A stretch of DNA of 63,716 nt, the filler included, from Chiloscyllium plagiosum (taxonomy: Eukaryota): assembly GCF_004010195.1 (NCBI RefSeq). It is 4 parts of one record of this genome, joined end to end, with 100 filler letters (N's around TTAATTAATTAA, not from the genome) between each part and the next. Parts side by side here need not be neighbours in the genome. Positions count along the whole stretch, not along the records: positions 1 to 26,962 come from NC_057710.1; 3 more parts are not named here. One strand, 5' to 3'. Shown here one piece after another: positions 11,625-22,805 of this stretch. The notes under the pieces were generated by a model. The model ran no database searches. It was not told where the DNA came from and saw nothing but the letters and a program-made list of their open reading frames with translations. How positions within the stretch are numbered: position 1 is the first letter of the stretch; each line of letters begins with the position of its first letter. Position numbers and translations under genes: made by a program.

Positions 11625-12314
11625 CAATGCAGGTAAACAAGATAGTGAAGGTGGCATTTGGGTATGCTTGCCTTCATTGTCAGTACATTGATTATAGGAG
11701 TTGAGAGGTCATGTTGAGGTTGTATAGGACTTTGGTTAGGCCATGTTTGGAATACTGCATGCAATTTGGGTCTCCCTGCTATAGGAAGGATGTTGTGAAA
11801 TTTGGAAGGGTTCAAAATGTTTTTATATGAATGTTGCCAGGGTCGGAGGGTTTGAGCTATAGGGAGTGGCTGAATAGGCTGGGGCTGTTTTCCCTGCAGC
11901 ATCGAAGGCTGAGGGGTGACCTTATAAAAGCTTATCAAAGTATGAGGGGCATGGATAGCGTCCATAGCCAAGGTCTTTTCCCTGGGTTGGGCAAGTCCAG
12001 AACTAGAGGGCATAGGTTTAGGGTGAGAAGGGAAAGATTTAAAAGGGACCTAAGGGGCAACCTTTTCACACAGAGGGTGGTGTAAGTATGGAATGAGCTG
12101 TCAGAGGACCAGAGGAAGCGATGGAGGCTTGTACAATTACAGCATTTAAATGGCATCTGGATGGGTATATGAATAGAAAGATTTTGGAGGGACACGTGCC
12201 AAGTGCTGGTAAATGGGACTAGAGTTATTTAGGATATCTGGTCGGCATGGACGAGCTGGACCGATAGGTCTGTTTCCATGCTGTACAGCTCTATGACTCT
12301 ATACTATGACTCTA
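11625..12314 (+). mobile_element. CR1/HER1-type LINE 3' fragment
   Basis: LYRTLVRP.LEYC, LSYREWLNRLGLFSL..RLRGDLI..RTRGH, tail ctctatgactctat. Confidence 0.92.
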
Positions 12315-12457
12315 TAATTCTAACATTAGTTCAGAACTTTCCCTCAGGAGATCAAATGGGAAACGTAGAATCCATAATAGACTTTTTGTTTTAAAAATAT
12401 TGCAGGCATTTTTAATATTTTACCCTTTCATATGTTCTTAAAATCTGACTTACTTAC

Positions 12458-12582
12458 CGAAATGTTATATGTTGTTCTGACGAGAGTTCTCATCGCCATG
12501 GAGGTACCGCAGAGACAACATTCACCCATACTCCCTGCAACTTGACAGCCTAAACAAGGTAGACAGAATAGACCACAGCAAC
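12458..12582 (-). CDS. PLAC8: PLAC8-family protein, second coding exon (CCCGLFCLPCLGCQVAGSMGECCLCGTSMAMRTLVRTTYNIS)
   Basis: 125-nt exon with acceptor attatttctag and donor gtaagt. Phases match the flanking exons. Near-colinear with mammalian PLAC8 (CLCGTFCFPCLGCQVAADMNECCLCGTSVAMRTLYRTRYGIP, from memory). Confidence 0.95.
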
Positions 12583-14177
12583 CTAGAAATAATGGGAGGA
12601 TGTATAAAATAGAAATACATCACAAATTTTCACGAGCAAACAGAGAAGTTAATGCATAAAGATCATGCTTCAAAGCACAAATTTGAGGAAGTTCTTACTC
12701 AACAGTGGTACATTTTCTGCTGATGCTTATTAAATGTCCACAATACTTAACAAACTTTATTCAATCTTAGGCCATGAACCTTGCTAGATGTCTAGCCTTC
12801 ATTGTTCATTTCTAGGACTTCCCAACCTTATTTCCAATTTCCTACGTTATCAGTGGTTTGCTTTTCAACTAAGAACAGTCTTACCAGAATGAGATGCACA
12901 GCTTAAGCAACAGTAGCAATTCTATTTGCCTACTTCGGTAAAATTCCTGTCTTGAACAGTTTGCATCTTTCCTTAACAACTATGAGCATGTTTCTTTCAA
13001 ATACAAGTAGGATTTCTTTTACACTGGTAATATTAAATATTTTCAAACAACTGCATTTATTTTACAACCTTAATGGGGAAAAGCATCACAAAGATTTTCA
13101 TAGTGACATAATCAGTCCTGCAGAGAATGAAGTGCAGGATGCCCACAAATGGAGCTCAGAATGAATGCACTGCAGTGTTCTTTGAGGATTGTAAGACTGA
13201 ATTTGAATATGAGGACAGAGATCATAAAAATATTTGAACATGAGGACCAGAATTCAGTTAATCAGTAAACATAGCATTAATGATTAAGTAAGGCTTGGTG
13301 CAGGTTAGACTAAGAGCCCTGAGTAGAGTTTAAAATTAGCTCCAGTTAATGGAGGGAGGAAGTCTGACCAGGAAAGCACTAGATTTGTCAAGTTGGAAGG
13401 TAACGAAAGCAAGGCTAAGGGTTTATGCATAGACTCTAGCTTGGAATAAGCAGAGACAAACGATGCTATGGAGTTAGCAATGGGCCGCCCTGGTGTTTTT
13501 ATTTTATTCATTCACAGGGTGTGGACATTGCTGGTTGGCATATTAAAACAAAAGTGGGCCTGAGGTTAAGGTGATGGTGTGGATCCTGCTGCAAGGCTGA
13601 GTTCTGTTGATAGGATGTCCCTCCACCCTGAATTTTAAGTTTGTGCTCACAGACTAAACTATTGGTGACTTAAAACAAAACACTGTTTCATTTTAGGAAA
13701 TCTCTTCCCTCTGTCATAACATCCCTGAACAGATATAAAATATCTAAAAAAAAATTAATGGCAAGAATATGGTGACAAAAATTCAGTACAAGGTGGCTAG
13801 GGAATGGGATTTGTGATCAGAGCAGAAAGAATTGGTTCAGTCTTCCCAGTATTTGATTGGAGGAAACTGTAGCTCACCCACAATTGGATATTGGCAACTC
13901 TGGAGGGGTCGCGAGAAGTAGAAGTGGTAAGATTTCATTCAGTATACCCTTATACCATAACTTTGGGACATTCCAGAACAATTAATGCTTTTGTATTGTA
14001 ATGACTTGTAACATGGAAAATAGCAAGGTTTCACAAACAGCAACAAGTCAATGATCAGATGACTTTTTATGTTGTTGAGGGTTAAATATTAACCAGGACA
14101 TTTGGGTAAATCGCTTGTTATTTAAATTGTACCTGGAATCATTTATGGGAGGCCTTGGCTTAATGTCTAATCTGAAA

Positions 14178-14478
14178 GATTAGCACTGCTAACTCACAGT
14201 GCCAGGGACTCGGGTTTGATTCCACCCTTGGGCGACTGTCTGTGTAGAGTTTGTAAATTCTCTCTGTGTCTGTGTGGGTTTCCTCCAGGTGCTCTGGTTT
14301 CCTCCCAATGTCCAAAGATACGCAGGCTAGGTGGATTGGCCATGCTAAACTGCCCATAGGGTCTAGGGATGCGCAGGCTAGGTGGATTAGCCAGGGGAAA
14401 TAGAGGGATAGGGTAGGGGATGGGTATGGGTGGGATGCTCTTTGGAGAGGTCTGCTTCCACACTGTAGGGATTCTATG
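14178..14478 (+). mobile_element. HE1-type V-SINE with short internal duplication
   Basis: V-domain at ~14275-14305. cgcaggctaggtggatt occurs twice. Confidence 0.85.
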
Positions 14479-15039
14479 AGAGGTCTGAAACAGAGCAGAG
14501 AATTATATATTGTTTCCACTCTTGAAAGGACAGAGAATAAATTTAAATTAAGTAGTAAAAGAAGCAGAAGTGACACGAGGCCACATATTTTCCACGCAGT
14601 GAGTGGTAAAGATCTGGAATGCACTGCCTGAGAATGTGGTGGAGACCAGTTTAACTGAAGTTAGCCCAAGGAAATCAGACTGTTACCTGAGAAGGAGAAC
14701 GTGTAGAATTACAGGGAGAAGGGGGCAAATGGTACTAAGGTGAATTGATCATTCAGAAATGATTGGCCAAATGACCTTGTTTTGTGTTGTGACAATTTTG
14801 TGATTCTGTGTGCAAAACAGCCATTGTCACATGAATAAAAGCAAAAGGAAAATAAAATAATATTTAACAATGCATTTGTATTGTGTGTTTTATAACCTCA
14901 GATGCATCATAAGACCTTTAAAGCTATTGTGTCCAGTTATAATTGCAAACAAAATTAACTAGAGCAGAAAGATCATATCAACATAACTATAGCACAGATT
15001 CCAAAACCTTATACAGTAGACGAATAAAGATTTTCTTAC

Positions 15040-15148
15040 ATATTCCCACATCATCACAACAGCTTAACAGTCCAGAGTTCCATTCCCTTTTCGATGCGGC
15101 AGCAGGCTGGGTCATTATAACCATTGGAGTCCCTCCAAACTGTGCCAT
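15040..15148 (-). CDS. PLAC8: PLAC8-family protein, first coding exon (MAQFGGTPMVIMTQPAAASKREWNSGLLSCCDDVGI+phase-1 base)
   Basis: Hand translation of the minus strand: ATG at 15148 in context ttcaaaATGG, TQP and W-x-S/T-G-L-x-x-C-x-x-D motif typical of PLAC8, GT donor (gtaaga) at 15039. Upstream acceptor ctctttattctctcaag ends at 15186, so the exon probably spans 15185-15040. Confidence 0.92.
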
Positions 15149-16515
15149 TTTGAATTATTGATTTTCGTTTCACAACGGATAATATCTTGAGAGAATAAAG
15201 AGTATTTTTTATTGAGACATGGGCGATGACAATGAATTCTGACCACAGCTATAGACTTCTTGTATTCTTCAAAACCAAATACCACCTGCCAGCCCACGCA
15301 TTAATTATTTCAAGTTTATCATCATGACTCTTCTTAAAAAAGAACTTTGGACTTGAGGGACTCTGCAGTTGTTAGGTCAACGTGTTAGAGACAGCTAGAA
15401 GATGTGATTTCCAGTTCCAGGCAATAAATAGCTAATCGTCACAAACTTAACAAGTGAAGCCACAAGCTCAACTGCAGCAATTACCTGGAAAATACTTTCC
15501 GACTTTGGTGGTGGAGGGAAAAGGCTATGGCATTGTGAACCAAGAGGACCTTTGGCTGGAGAGGTTGGAGCATTGTACTGGCTTGATTCAGGAAATTTAT
15601 GCCATTGCAAAAATTAAATCTAACTATTACATTCATTGCTGTGCCATCACTGACAAATTGTGGTTGGGAGACACTGCTGCTATCAATACTTCTTTGTGAA
15701 CCTAAAGCCTGTTTAATAAGTGGAAGGGTGTAAACCTTCAGTGAGTCTTGATAAGAGGAGGCACTCGTCTTAACAATGAGGTGAAGTTTCTTGCGTGATA
15801 GCAATAGATATTATGACTGACCCTTTCGGGATCTGGAGCTAGACTCCCCGATTCCCCACACAACACGGTGTAACAGTATCTGATTGGATGGATGCCAAAG
15901 TAATGTCTAACATCAACCCTTTCAGAACAACTACCTTCAGCAACAAAAAGAAATGAAATTCAAGAAAATCAGGTTCCATTCCCTGTCAAAATTAAAACTA
16001 ACAGTCAATGAAACATGACAAGTCAGAGGGTGAATGGTCAATTTGCTCTCTGGAGGTGAGTTGGTTGATGAGACTTTGGCATCTGCTGCACTTACTTTAA
16101 AGGGAATATATACTTTTAACAGACTGAGGCCAGGATTTCTTGGTTTTGGGAATCCCTGATGAGTAAAAGGCAAAGAGAAGGCTGGGTCCATGACGTTGAT
16201 GCTGATATATGCCCTCCTTACGACAGAAGTTAGGCTTATGGTAACTTAGTTTCTGGTTTCCTTTCTTTAATAAAGGTGTTATATTTGTTATTTTTCAATC
16301 CACTGGGTTCCTACCAAATTCTGAGGAATTTTGGAAGACTATAACCAATGCCACACTTCTTTTAACACCCTTGATTACAGTCCCTTTGCTCCTGACAACA
16401 TGTCAGACTTTAGATCCAATAGATTCTGAGTATCTTTTCCCAGGTGATGGTGAATGCTTTATGTCTATTCCTCTCAATCACATCTTGATTTTCAATTATT
16501 TCTGGGAAGGTTTTT

Positions 16516-18147
16516 TTATATAGCTATTTTTATTAGAGATTTAACATTTTTACAAGTTTACAAAAATAAACAAAACTCTCAAATACAAACATTGATATAC
16601 AATTAAATCAAATATACAATAGCCAAAATTTAACAAAAAAAACTACCGAAAAAGGAAAAAAAAGCAAAACTCAACTATCTACTAATCTAACCTACAACTA
16701 ACCAGAGTGTATATTTAAGTCTCTTACATGCTCGGAATGTGTTAACATCAAATGTAATAAAACCCGTATTCATGCNNNNNNNNNNNNNNNNNNNNNNNNN
16801 NNNNNNNNNNNNNNNNNNNNNNNNNNNNNNNNNNNNNNNNNNNNNNNNNNNNNNNNNNNNNNNNNNNNNNNNNNNNNNNNNNNNNNNNNNNNNNNNNNNN
16901 NNNNNNNNNNNNNNNNNNNNNNNNNNNNNNNNNNNNNNNNNNNNNNNNNNNNNNNNNNNNNNNNNNNNNNNNNNNNNNNNNNNNNNNNNNNNNNNNNNNN
17001 NNNNNNNNNNNNNNNNNNNNNNNNNNNNNNNNNNNNNNNNNNNNNNNNNNNNNNNNNNNNNNNNNNNNNNNNNNNNNNNNNNNNNNNNNNNNNNNNNNNN
17101 NNNNNNNNNNNNNNNNNNNNNNNNNNNNNNNNNNNNNNNNNNNNNNNNNNNNNNNNNNNNNNNNNNNNNNNNNNNNNNNNNNNNNNNNNNNNNNNNNNNN
17201 NNNNNNNNNNNNNNNNNNNNNNNNNNNNNNNNNNNNNNNNNNNNNNNNNNNNNNNNNNNNNNNNNNNNNNNNNNNNNNNNNNNNNNNNNNNNNNNNNNNN
17301 NNNNNNNNNNNNNNNNNNNNNNNNNNNNNNNNNNNNNNNNNNNNNNNNNNNNNNNNNNNNNNNNNNNNNNNNNNNNNNNNNNNNNNNNNNNNNNNNNNNN
17401 NNNNNNNNNNNNNNNNNNNNNNNNNNNNNNNNNNNNNNNNNNNNNNNNNNNNNNNNNNNNNNNNNNNNNNNNNNNNNNNNNNNNNNNNNNNNNNNNNNNN
17501 NNNNNNNNNNNNNNNNNNNNNNNNNNNNNNNNNNNNNNNNNNNNNNNNNNNNNNNNNNNNNNNNNNNNNNNNNNNNNNNNNNNNNNNNNNNNNNNNNNNN
17601 NNNNNNNNNNNNNNNNNNNNNNNNNNNNNNNNNNNNNNNNNNNNNNNNNNNNNNNNNNNNNNNNGACCTCCAGCGATGGGGAGACCTTCCAATTTCCTGG
17701 TTGGGTAGAATAGCATTAGTCAAAATGAATGTCCTGCCCCGTCTCCTATATCCTATGATAATGCTTCCGGTGATGCTGCCGAGGACGGCTTTATGTAAAT
17801 TATATGGCTGGCTGGGTTCCTTTATCTGGAATCATAGGCGGCCCCTCATTAAGCTGAGGAAGCTACAGCTTCCACAGGCAAGGGGTGGATTGGACTTCCC
17901 AGATTTTAGGAAATATCAATTAAGTTCCCTATTAAGTTATATAGCTGATTGGGTCTTGTCTGATCCACAATCAATCAGCTATGTAACTTAATAGGGAACT
18001 TAACTGATATTTCCTAAAGTCTGGGAAGTCCAATCCACCCCTTGCCTGTGGAAGCTGTAGCTTCTTCAGCTTAATGAGGGGCCGCCTATGGTTCCAGATA
18101 AAGGAACCCAGCCAGCCATATAATTTACGTAGAGCCAGCCTCGGCAA
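16516..18147 (-). mobile_element. 5'-truncated L1 with fold-back inversion, inserted in an older CR1 (gapped)
   Basis: 13-bp TSD tgggaaggttttt (16503-16515, 18148-18160) at a TT/AAAA site. The 3'UTR matches the reverse complement of 50240-50520. ORF2 pieces lie on + (17665-17975) and - (18147-17971). Confidence 0.88.
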
Positions 18148-18899
18148 TGGGAAGGTTTTTAACTTGGACACAAAGGCCTATGTCCGAGCTTTGTTTTCCA
18201 TGATCAATTCCCCAGATTTACTCTCAAGAGGACCAATAATAATTTTAGGTACTTTTATCTTGCTCAAAAGCGTGTAGGAACTTTTACTATCTATTTTTAT
18301 ACTGTCAGTTAGCTTTATTTCATATTTTGCTTTCTGCTTCTTTATTGTCTTTGCTGGCTCTTAAAGTCTGTCCAATCCTCTGACCTATCATTGATCTTTG
18401 CAGATTTGTACTGTGTTTCTTTCAATTTAATACTAACCTTGCCTTCCTTATTTAACCATGAAGGATCCATCCTTTGTGAAGAGCCTTTCTTTGTCATTGG
18501 GATGAAGTTTTGCTGATAATTATTAAATATATCCTTAAAAATTTGCCACACCAACTTTACCATTCTACTTCTAACCTCAATTTTTAACCCTATTAATCCT
18601 GTTTTATTGTACATTACCAGACCTAGAATAGTCTGTCCCCTGGTTATCTCTAGAACAGTGGTAAGAAATTGTCCCAAAAAGTACTGAAATTATGAAAAAG
18701 CTCTCACAAACAAAAGTGTAACTCTGAACTTTGCAACTGATGTTAAATAAATGACTAAATTTACTTTTGATAACAATTTTCTGTTAATAGAAGTTATTAA
18801 GACATAAGAGAGAAAGTAGGGTAGATGACTATGATCTAATTTCCAGAACAGAACAGGATCGACTCACTAAATGGCCAGTTCCTATATTTCCTCTGGGCA

Positions 18900-19945
18900 T
18901 TGGATGTACCTACTAGATAAGGAGCAAAACCTGACCTTCTCTTGGGAAATAAGGCAGGGCAAGTGACTGAGGTGTCAGTGGGGGATCACTTTAGGGCCAG
19001 TGATCATAATTGTATTTGTTTTAAAATAGTTATGGAAAAGTTAAAGTTATAAATTGGAGTAGGGCCATGTTGCTGGTATTGGGCAATAACTTTCAAAAGT
19101 TGGTTGGGAGAGGCTATTCCGAGGTAAAGGGATAGTTGAAAAGTGGGAAGCCTTTAAAAATGAGATAATGAGAGTCCAGAGACAGTATTTATTTGATTAA
19201 AGCTTTATTGTCATGTACTCAAGTACAGTAAGTACAGGGGAGAAATCAGGAGGGCAAAAGGGGGACATGAGATAGGTTTGGCAAATTGGGCTAAGGAGAA
19301 TCCAAAAGGATTCTACAAATACATTCAGGACAAAAGAGTAACGAGGGAGAGAACATGCCCCTTGAAGATCAATACAATTGTATATATGTTTAGATTAGAT
19401 TAGATTAGATTAGATTTAGATTAGATTAGATTTTAGATTAGATTAGATTAGATTAGATTACTTTACAGTGTGGAAAGATTTGATTAGATTAGATTACTTT
19501 ACATGTTGTTCCACAGGAGATGAATGAGATACAAAACAGGTATTTCGCATCAGTATTTACTGTGGAGAAGGATATGGAAACTAGAGAACATGGAGGAATA
19601 AATAGCGATACCTTGAAAAGCCTCCATAATACCGAGGGAGAGATGCTGGACATCTTAAAATGCTTAAATGTGGATAAATCCCTGGGATCTAATCAGGTGT
19701 ACCTCAGACATTTTTCAGAAGCTAGGGTAAAAAAGCCTGGGCCCCTTGCTGAGATATTTGTATCATCAATAGCCACATTGATGAGGTGCTAGAAGACTGG
19801 AGGTTGGCTAACGGGGTGCCACTATTTAAGAAAGGTGTTAAGGAAAAGCCAGGGAACTATAGACCATTGAGCCTAACATCAGTGGTGGGTAAGTTGTTGG
19901 ATGGGATTCTGAGGGACAGGATTTATATGTATTTGGAAAGGTGTG
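18900..19945 (+). mobile_element. CR1 ORF2 internal fragment
   Basis: YFASVFT, KSLG..QVY, EDWRLAN..PLFKKG..PGNYRPLSLTSVVGK. Colinear with 33920-35230. Confidence 0.9.
19389..19501. repeat. (TTAGA)n microsatellite derived from an inverted HE1 SINE tail
   Basis: Pentamer run followed by ttactttacagtgtggaaa. The same tail junction occurs at 58603-58635. Confidence 0.8.
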
Positions 19946-19992
19946 GTTTAGTAAATACATCTGGACCAAAAGTGAATGATATAAAAGAGTTA

Positions 19993-20765
19993 TAGGATCA
20001 TAGCGTTGTACAGGAAACAGATCCTTCGGTCCAAGTCTTCCATGCTGACCAGATATTCTAAACAAAACTAGTCCCATTGCCAGCATTTAGTCCATATCCT
20101 TCTAAACCCCTCCTATTTATGTGTCCATCCAGATGCTTCTTAAATGTTGTATTGTACCAGCTTCCACCACCTCCTCAGACATCTCATTCCATATATGCAC
20201 CACCCTCTGCATTAAAAAGTTGCCCCTTTTAAAATCTTTCCCCTCTCACTTTAAACATGTGCCCTTTAGTTTTGGATTCCCCTACCCTGGGAAAAAGACC
20301 TTGGCTATTCACCCTATTCATGTCCCTCATGATTTTATAAACATCTAGAAGGTCACCCCTCAACCTCTCTCTATAGCTCAAACCTTCCAACCTTGGCAAT
20401 ATCCTCATAATTAGTTTTTTGCATCCTTCCAAGTTTCACAACATCTTTCCTACAGCAGGGAGACCAGAATTGTACACAATGTTCCAAAAGTGCACTGCTG
20501 AATAAAACAACCATGCCAAATGCCTTCTTCACCCACAAATCCACTTTCAAGGAATGTGCACCCCCAATGTTTCTTTGTTTGGCAACACTGTCCAAGACCT
20601 TCCCATTAAGTGTATCAGTCCTGCCCTAATTTGCCCTACTAAAATGCAACACCTCACACTTATCTAAATGCCATCTGCCACTCCTTGGCTGTCCACTACA
20701 CCTCCAATATTTGTGTCATCTGCAACCATATGAGCCATACCTCCTGCATTCACACCCAAATAATT
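19993..20765 (-). mobile_element. CR1 3' fragment
   Basis: ADDTNIGG, LEHCVQFWSP, LSYRERLRGDL on the minus strand. Confidence 0.88.
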
Positions 20766-21233
20766 TAAGCAAATGCCAACATAACACACTGTTAAGCTTT
20801 GAGGTCTGATTGTAAAGAGGGCACGTTGTTTAGAACAGATCAAGTTATGAAACTCTCTTTGAATCTCCAAGACCAAGTTAATCCTTCACTCATCTACTAA
20901 CCTTTTGGATTGCCAGAGCTCATAAATCTCAAGGCTGTCTGTACACATTTTTAAGAAATCAGAAAAATTGAAATCCAGAAAAGTTGAAGCAGATTTAAAT
21001 TCATCCCATTTCAAACTGTTCCTTTTGATATGTGAGGCACATTTGTTACATAAGCAAATATTCAATACATTCCACAAAATGTCAGTTGCACCTTGCTTCA
21101 AAAATCTGGATCTAGTTTAATTTTTAATTTGCGTGTATCTAAACATTACTCACCACTTTCAGTAAAGAATTGGCTCCTGGAGTTGCTCTCCCCTCCACAA
21201 TGTTGAAAAATCAACTTTACTTTCTACCTGCAG

Positions 21234-21295
21234 CTTTATATAGACTTAGTAAACAAAATGATGGCCCAATGCCAAGTTGCTTTGTTAATGATTGC
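21234..21295 (-). promoter_or_regulatory. Candidate PLAC8 core promoter (TATA + FOXA-like + HNF1-like sites)
   Basis: Minus-strand TATATAAAG at 21242-21234, TTTGTTTACT at 21257-21248, GTTAATGATTGC at 21284-21295, in non-repeat sequence about 6 kb upstream of the first coding exon. Motif match only. Confidence 0.3.
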
Positions 21296-21779
21296 TCAGT
21301 GAGAAGTGATCAGGACGACGCAGCCGAGTTTTTCACATGTATTTAGATGCTTTTAAAGTGTTGTACATTTTCTAACACGATACAACGCAACAACAAATGG
21401 GTCTAGATTTCTTGCTGAGATTCTACTGGAACTATGGCAGTGAAGAATGAGGAAAATGAGGCCTATCTTTCCTCCTTAGCCTGGCTTGTTACTCTCACTC
21501 CCACAGAGATTCTTGCTCCTCCCTCTTTTCCTGCCCGCAACCTGCAAATGTATACAGGTGAACTGAGGGAAGTGGTTTTCACACCTATAATGGAGAAAAA
21601 GCTTCCACAGTTTTACCACAAATCAAGAGGATAGGTCAGTCAGTTACTCTTGGAGATCCTAGATCTCTGATGCCACAGTTGAGCACAAAAGTCTTCAAAA
21701 ATTCACAAACAAGATTGCCCAGGCAGACCTATCATTTCTGCCTGCTACTGCCCCACAGAACTCATCTCTTACTACTCTG

Positions 21780-22805
21780 ACTCAATATTTTTCTCCCCTT
21801 GTCCAGTCCCTTCCCACTTACATCCGCAATTTCTCTAATGCTTTATATCAATTTCAGAATTTCCAGTTTGTGGGCTCCAGCTACCTCCTCTCTACCATGG
21901 ACGTGCAATCCCTTTACCCATCTATCCCTCATCAGGAAGGTCTCAGGATTCTCTGCTGGAAAAAGGCCAGTTTTTTCAGACAAGGACTGTTCCTCTGGGA
22001 CACCCTTGTCCATTCCTCCTTCACTCCAAACCCCATGCTGCCCTCCCCTGCAATCACAGAAGGTGTAACACCTGTCCGTTTTCTTCCTCCCTCCTCAGTA
22101 TCCATGGGCCCAAACTCACCTTCCAGGTGAGGGAGCACTTTATCTGCACTTTCCTTAATCTGGTCTAGTGTATTCGCTGCTCATAATGTGGTCCCCTCTA
22201 CATTGGGGAAATGAAGCATAGACGGGGTGACTGCTTCACTGACCACCTATGTTCTGCCTGCAGAAAAGACCCTGAGCTTCCAGCTGCCTGCTGCTTCAAC
22301 ACACCATCTTGTTCCCTGGCCAGTATGTCTGCTTTAGGCTTGCTTCTGTGCTCCAGCAAACTTCAGAGCAAGCTGAAAGAACATTTCATTTTCGGCTTGG
22401 AAACCCTGCAGCCTTCTGGATTTAATCTTCAACAATTTTCGGGCTTCAGCACCTTTCCCTATNNNNNNNNNNNTCCCACGCCCCCCCCCCCCCCCCCCCC
22501 CCCCACCCCGACAGTCATCACATGGGCTGCTACCACACACAGCCCATTGTCAGCTACCGATAGGCCCCAATAGCAGCTTATCTCTCGTTCTTTTGTCCAA
22601 CTTTTCTTTCTATCTTTGGGTTCTATATCCACCTATCTTCTGCATAAAAACCCTATTTTCCTCAACTACTGAAACAACAAATACTGGAGATCACAGCAGG
22701 CAGTTTCCTAGCTATCATCAGTTCGGAAGAAAGGTCACTGGAACTTTGATTTCTCTCCTCAGATGCTGCCAGACCTGCTGAGATTTTGCAGCAATGTCTA
22801 TTTTG
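21780..22805 (+). mobile_element. Degenerate Penelope-like element (RT + GIY-YIG remnants + terminus)
   Basis: MDVQSLYPSIPH (RT motif A), NLVxCIRCSxCGPLYIGE..R...DH (GIY-YIG), decayed pLTR at 22670-22805. Inverted terminus fragment at ~22900-22980. Confidence 0.85.

Noticed and set aside
19389..19501. Telomeric repeat or CRISPR-like array
   Set aside because: The unit is TTAGA, not TTAGGG, there are no spacers, and it matches the HE1 SINE tail.
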